Source: a virus | Taxonomy: Duplodnaviria > Caudoviricetes | DNA length: 64,000 nt | Direction: 5' to 3' (one strand) | IMG/VR virus record: IMGVR_UViG_2887723448_000002 | Span: 3,151-67,150 of that record | Notes under the pieces: model-generated | Told to the model about the DNA's origin: nothing | Seen by the model: the letters and a program-made list of their open reading frames with translations, nothing else | The model's database searches: none | Made by a program: the position numbers and the translations under genes | Part shown: piece by piece, positions 60,675 to 64,000 of the stretch | Position numbering within the stretch: the stretch's first letter is position 1 | Layout of the letters: each line of letters opens with the position of its first letter

Positions 60675-61195
60675 GCGAACAAGACTACAAGGCCGCGTTC
60701 AAGAGCCTCTGCGCTGACATGGGTGTGATCACTGCGCTGCTCGGGCTCGAAGGCTACACCGGTGTCGATCTGGTATTGCGCGCCATTACCGACTTGGTAG
60801 CCAGCCGCACCGCTGCCGAAGCTGAAAGCGCGGTGCTGGTTGCTGAAGTCGAGTCATGGACGAACGGAAGCTATCACCGCAACTACAAGATCAAGTGGTT
60901 GAGGGACGTCCCGGCCGGTACGATGCTTTACACCGGACCAGTCAGCGTTGCTGGTAAAGAGGCGGTGGCGCTGAGCGATGAGGTGCGAGCTAACATCGAA
61001 TCCGTCGACGTGAAGACGGCGCTTGAAGTCTACCGAAAGGAGAGCGAGAAAAATCAGCGTTGGTGGACGAATTCTGACCCGTCAAGAGAGGCTGGATTCG
61101 TTTATGGATTCCGGTGCGCGCTGGCCGTCGTAAAGGACCGGCTGGGCATCGACGCTCAACGCGACGCCAGTAAAGCGGAGGGGCAATCGTCATGA
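60671..61195 (+). CDS. hypothetical protein
   Basis: GGAG SD; VPAGTMLYTGP module; coupled to neighbours. Confidence 0.6.
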   Translation: MSEQDYKAAFKSLCADMGVITALLGLEGYTGVDLVLRAITDLVASRTAAEAESAVLVAEVESWTNGSYHRNYKIKWLRDVPAGTMLYTGPVSVAGKEAVALSDEVRANIESVDVKTALEVYRKESEKNQRWWTNSDPSREAGFVYGFRCALAVVKDRLGIDAQRDASKAEGQSS

Positions 61196-61536
61196 TGACC
61201 CTATCGCAATACTTCCTCGTCAAGATCGCAGAAGAAGCGGCCGAGGTTGCACAGATCGCGCTGAAGGCCGCGCACTTCGGTCTGTCGGAAGTCCAGCCGG
61301 GCCGCGACGAGTCGAACGCACAGCGCATCTATGCCGAAATGAACGACCTGCTCGCCATGGTGTATGAGCTTGGTAATGTTGCCAATGGCGAATTCGATTT
61401 CATCGAAGACGACTCCGCCCAAGTGAACAAGATGGAAAAGGTAGCGAGCTATCTCGGCTACTCGCAATCGCTGGGCCTGGTCGCCACCCCTTCTACTGAC
61501 GCCAGTGGTGCAGACAAAAGGAACGGCAATGTTTAA
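61192..61536 (+). CDS. MazG-like NTP pyrophosphohydrolase
   Basis: KIAEEAAEVAQIALK...YAEMNDLLAM (EExxE...ExxD). Confidence 0.7.
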   Translation: MMTLSQYFLVKIAEEAAEVAQIALKAAHFGLSEVQPGRDESNAQRIYAEMNDLLAMVYELGNVANGEFDFIEDDSAQVNKMEKVASYLGYSQSLGLVATPSTDASGADKRNGNV

Positions 61537-61807
61537 GAACACGTCTAGCGGTATCCGCCTCTCGCCGCCACCAGGAGGCAAGAAGAACGCTGACTGGATG
61601 GGCCTCCGCGTCCGCCTCGTGACTGAGGTGAAGACTCAATGCCAGTCTGTTCCGATCGGCGCGGAAGGTGAGGTTTCAGACACGCGCGTCGGGAAGGGCT
61701 TGCGCGTGACGTTCGATGCATGCCCGCACTGTGGCGTATCGGCAATTGTCGGCGGCCTAGAGGCGAGCGATGTTGAGATTATCGAACCTGCGGGCTATCG
61801 ATCATGA
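61529..61807 (+). CDS. hypothetical protein
   Basis: AGGA SD; MFKNTSS...CPHC. Confidence 0.5.
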   Translation: MFKNTSSGIRLSPPPGGKKNADWMGLRVRLVTEVKTQCQSVPIGAEGEVSDTRVGKGLRVTFDACPHCGVSAIVGGLEASDVEIIEPAGYRS

Positions 61808-61834
61808 TCGCACCCACACAGCAAGGAGAGCGCA

Positions 61835-62071
61835 ATGAAAATTGACGTCGATGAGGCAATCGCGACGATCCAGGAATGGCGCGCGCTGAACAAGCCCGAA
61901 CTGGCCGACATGCAGTTTGTGCGGAATGGTGAGCCTGTGGTTATCGATCCCGAGATCGTCGAAGAATTCCGGTTCATAGGCCTCAACAACACGGACTTCA
62001 TTCGATCCCATTTTATGGGCGAGGAGTTCTATACGACGCTGACTTTCGAGAAGGGAAAGCGCGATGCCTGA
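61835..62071 (+). CDS. hypothetical protein
   Basis: AGGAG SD; 78 aa. Confidence 0.6.
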   Translation: MKIDVDEAIATIQEWRALNKPELADMQFVRNGEPVVIDPEIVEEFRFIGLNNTDFIRSHFMGEEFYTTLTFEKGKRDA

Positions 62072-62321
62072 CACCAAATTCGAGTCCCACATCCGCACTA
62101 CCGCCTGGCATCGGGTGCTATCCGAATCCGCCAAAGACGGCGACGATGGCGCGAGCGTCTTTCGAATGGCGCGCATGGCAGCTAGTGAGGCATGGCAAGC
62201 ATCCCGACGCGCCGCGCTGGAGGAGGCGGCCCGCGAATGTGAGAAGCGCGTGGGGCATGACTTTTCCGCCACCGAATATGCCGAGTTAATTCGTGCCCTT
62301 GCCAATGGAGACACGAAATGA
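62064..62321 (+). CDS. hypothetical protein
   Basis: AWQASRRAALEEAARECE...IRAL module. Confidence 0.6.
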   Translation: MPDTKFESHIRTTAWHRVLSESAKDGDDGASVFRMARMAASEAWQASRRAALEEAARECEKRVGHDFSATEYAELIRALANGDTK

Positions 62322-62451
62322 TCCGCACCGCGCTAGCCATTGTTGGTGCCGTCACCGTTGCACTGTATGCACTCGGGTCCTTCGGCATCGGCAATTTCCG
62401 CATCTACTACGGCAGCGATTTACCCGCGCAATGGTGCGCAAAGGGGCAACT

Positions 62452-62895
62452 GTGACCACCCATGACCTGATTAAGCGCCTGCGCGCGCAGGAAACGGTAG
62501 ACGGAACGCCGCAAGAGATCGAGCAGATCACCGACGAAGCTGCCGATGCGATCGAAATCCTCCAGCGCGAGCGCGAAGCGATCCTCATGCAAGCCCGGAT
62601 CTGGGCGCAGGAAGCGAAGACCCAGAAATCGACGGTTGACGAAGTGGGCGCCATCCTCGGCGGCATTCCGGATTGGGGGCCAATAGCGGCGGGCGTCGAA
62701 GCGCTCCAGCGCGACGCGGCGCGGTATCGGTGGTTGAAGGACAACTGCTTCGATTGGGCGGCCCCTGGAGATGGCGACTCGTTCGACTATATCGCCCTCC
62801 ATTTTGAACACGAACTTCTGGGCCGGGATGACTCTACGGTAGACGCCGCCATCGACGCCGCTCTGTCAGCCACCAATGCAAAGGAGCGGGGATGA
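62452..62895 (+). CDS. hypothetical protein (Ead/Ea22-like)
   Basis: GTG start MTTHDLIKRLR; EAADAIE, RDAARYRWL, DAAIDAAL modules. Confidence 0.6.
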   Translation: MTTHDLIKRLRAQETVDGTPQEIEQITDEAADAIEILQREREAILMQARIWAQEAKTQKSTVDEVGAILGGIPDWGPIAAGVEALQRDAARYRWLKDNCFDWAAPGDGDSFDYIALHFEHELLGRDDSTVDAAIDAALSATNAKERG

Positions 62896-63140
62896 AGACC
62901 GCAATCTACATCGAGGACGGCGTGGTGCAACTCGTCCTGACGCCTGAGGGCGAGTTTGAGAAGAACACGATCCGGTCATTCGAAGACAAGCCCGTTGATG
63001 CCAAGGTATTCGCTGGCTCGTTCTATGACTGCCGTGGCGGCTGGACTCGCCAGAAGGAGCATTTCACGTCGCCCTATGGTAACGATAACGAGGTCCGCTC
63101 GTTGATCTTGCGGATTGATTCAGCGAAGACGCCGACATGA
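62892..63140 (+). CDS. hypothetical protein
   Basis: AGGAG SD; MKTAIYIEDGVVQLVLTPEGEFEK. Confidence 0.65.
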   Translation: MKTAIYIEDGVVQLVLTPEGEFEKNTIRSFEDKPVDAKVFAGSFYDCRGGWTRQKEHFTSPYGNDNEVRSLILRIDSAKTPT

Positions 63141-63346
63141 AACGCAAACCATCCGATATCCGCCCCGCAGCCGAGCGCTACGCCGACAAGGTTGAACTAG
63201 CGCTCGTGGAGAAATTCAACCGCTCGCAAGAATGCGCCGGCCAATGGGTTTCGGAAGAGATCGATTGGGCAATGGAAATGCTGGACGAGGGAGCGCCTGC
63301 CGATCGAACGGCGCATGAACTGTTTATGAAGAGGGCTGAGATATGA
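63137..63346 (+). CDS. hypothetical protein
   Basis: ATGA-coupled on both sides. Confidence 0.55.
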   Translation: MKRKPSDIRPAAERYADKVELALVEKFNRSQECAGQWVSEEIDWAMEMLDEGAPADRTAHELFMKRAEI

Positions 63347-63684
63347 AGACGTGGAAGCTGAAGCGCACGGCGCAGTGCGAAAAGTGCCCATGGCTGAAGG
63401 ACGTCGATCCGCACGACATCCCGAATGGATATTGCGAGACCAAGCACCGGAACCTCGCGGATACGATTGCCGAGGAAGGCGACCTGTCGGCGCTATCCGG
63501 CCCACTAAGGGCGATGGCCTGCCATGAAACCGAGGGTGCTCATTGCATCGGATGGCTCATGAATCAGGCGGGACCTGGCAACAATATCGCATTGCGCATC
63601 CATCTGATGACGTGCGAGAACTTCGAAAAGATTCGACTCCGCGGCGAACAGCATGCGCGGTTCGAAGACACGTTACCGGGTTAG
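63343..63684 (+). CDS. Cys/His-rich hypothetical protein
   Basis: QCEKCPW...MACHE...HCIGWL.NQ.G.GNNI.LR. Confidence 0.65.
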   Translation: MKTWKLKRTAQCEKCPWLKDVDPHDIPNGYCETKHRNLADTIAEEGDLSALSGPLRAMACHETEGAHCIGWLMNQAGPGNNIALRIHLMTCENFEKIRLRGEQHARFEDTLPG

Positions 63685-63754
63685 GTGGATTGAGACTGAT
63701 GGAAGCAGCAGCAGAACGAATATTGGCTACTACGCGCAGATATTGGGGTGTGAA

Positions 63755-64000
63755 ATGAGCGAAATCGAAGAACTGGCGAGCAAGATTGCGGCGGCACTGA
63801 ACCCGAACGCCCTGTGGGATATCGCGGCCGTGGCCGTGTACCTGCACCGCAGCGAGCAGCACACGAAGCAATGGATCGTGAAGCAAGACGGATTCCCGCA
63901 CCCGCTACGCATTCCGTCCGGGAAGGGCGCAGAGAAGCCGCGGCCCCTCTGGCGCGCCAAAGACGTGACGGCGTGGGCTGAGTCTCACGTCGAAGTCTGA
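63755..64000 (+). CDS. excisionase / AlpA-like winged-helix protein
   Basis: LWDIAAVAVYL...GFPHPLRIP...PLWRAKDVTAW; last gene of the PL operon. Confidence 0.7.
   Translation: MSEIEELASKIAAALNPNALWDIAAVAVYLHRSEQHTKQWIVKQDGFPHPLRIPSGKGAEKPRPLWRAKDVTAWAESHVEV

Larger units (their letters stand above)
1506..64000. mobile_element. temperate prophage (lambdoid organisation, contractile tail); ends and att sites not defined in the window
   Basis: Complete immunity, replication, recombination, packaging, head, tail and lysis modules in canonical order; integrase expected beyond 64000. Confidence 0.95.

Noticed and set aside
63755-64000. Integrase and att sites
   Set aside because: No recombinase ORF or paired direct repeat is visible; they probably lie beyond the window edge.

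Overview
Almost the whole window is one near-complete temperate prophage with lambdoid regulation and a contractile (myovirus-type) tail. The host is probably a GC-rich betaproteobacterium (inference only). Right to left: an excisionase-like gene at the right edge (the integrase is not in the window); a PL early operon with YqaJ exonuclease, RecT, SSB, many small genes and several structured non-coding stretches; a cI/cro switch with operators; replication genes; a nin-like region with a C5 DNA methyltransferase; a Q-like antiterminator; then terminase, portal, scaffold, P22-type coat, neck, sheath, tube, tape measure, baseplate, a beta-helix tailspike and a tail fibre. A + strand accessory block follows (two Arc-family regulators, BRO antirepressor, acyltransferase-3, fatty-acid hydroxylase), then holin-like and GH19 endolysin genes, an extra fibre-like cassette, a PLD-family protein, small lipoproteins and a class-3 lipase. 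A convergent Thg1-like / ATP-dependent ligase trio sits at the left edge. Most unusual signals: (1) GGAU-tetraloop hairpins found in the scaffold and coat leaders; (2) a second ORF with its own SD nested inside the methyltransferase; (3) two tandem tRNA-shaped RNAs in the PL operon; (4) a tailspike-like protein with a Sec-type signal peptide; (5) two diverged paralogues of a small secreted two-Cys protein placed 27 kb apart; (6) lipase + PLD + lipoproteins where spanins would be expected; (7) GTCAAG-N5-CTTGAC palindromes at module junctions of mosaic genes. All family assignments come from motif recognition by eye; no database searches were run.
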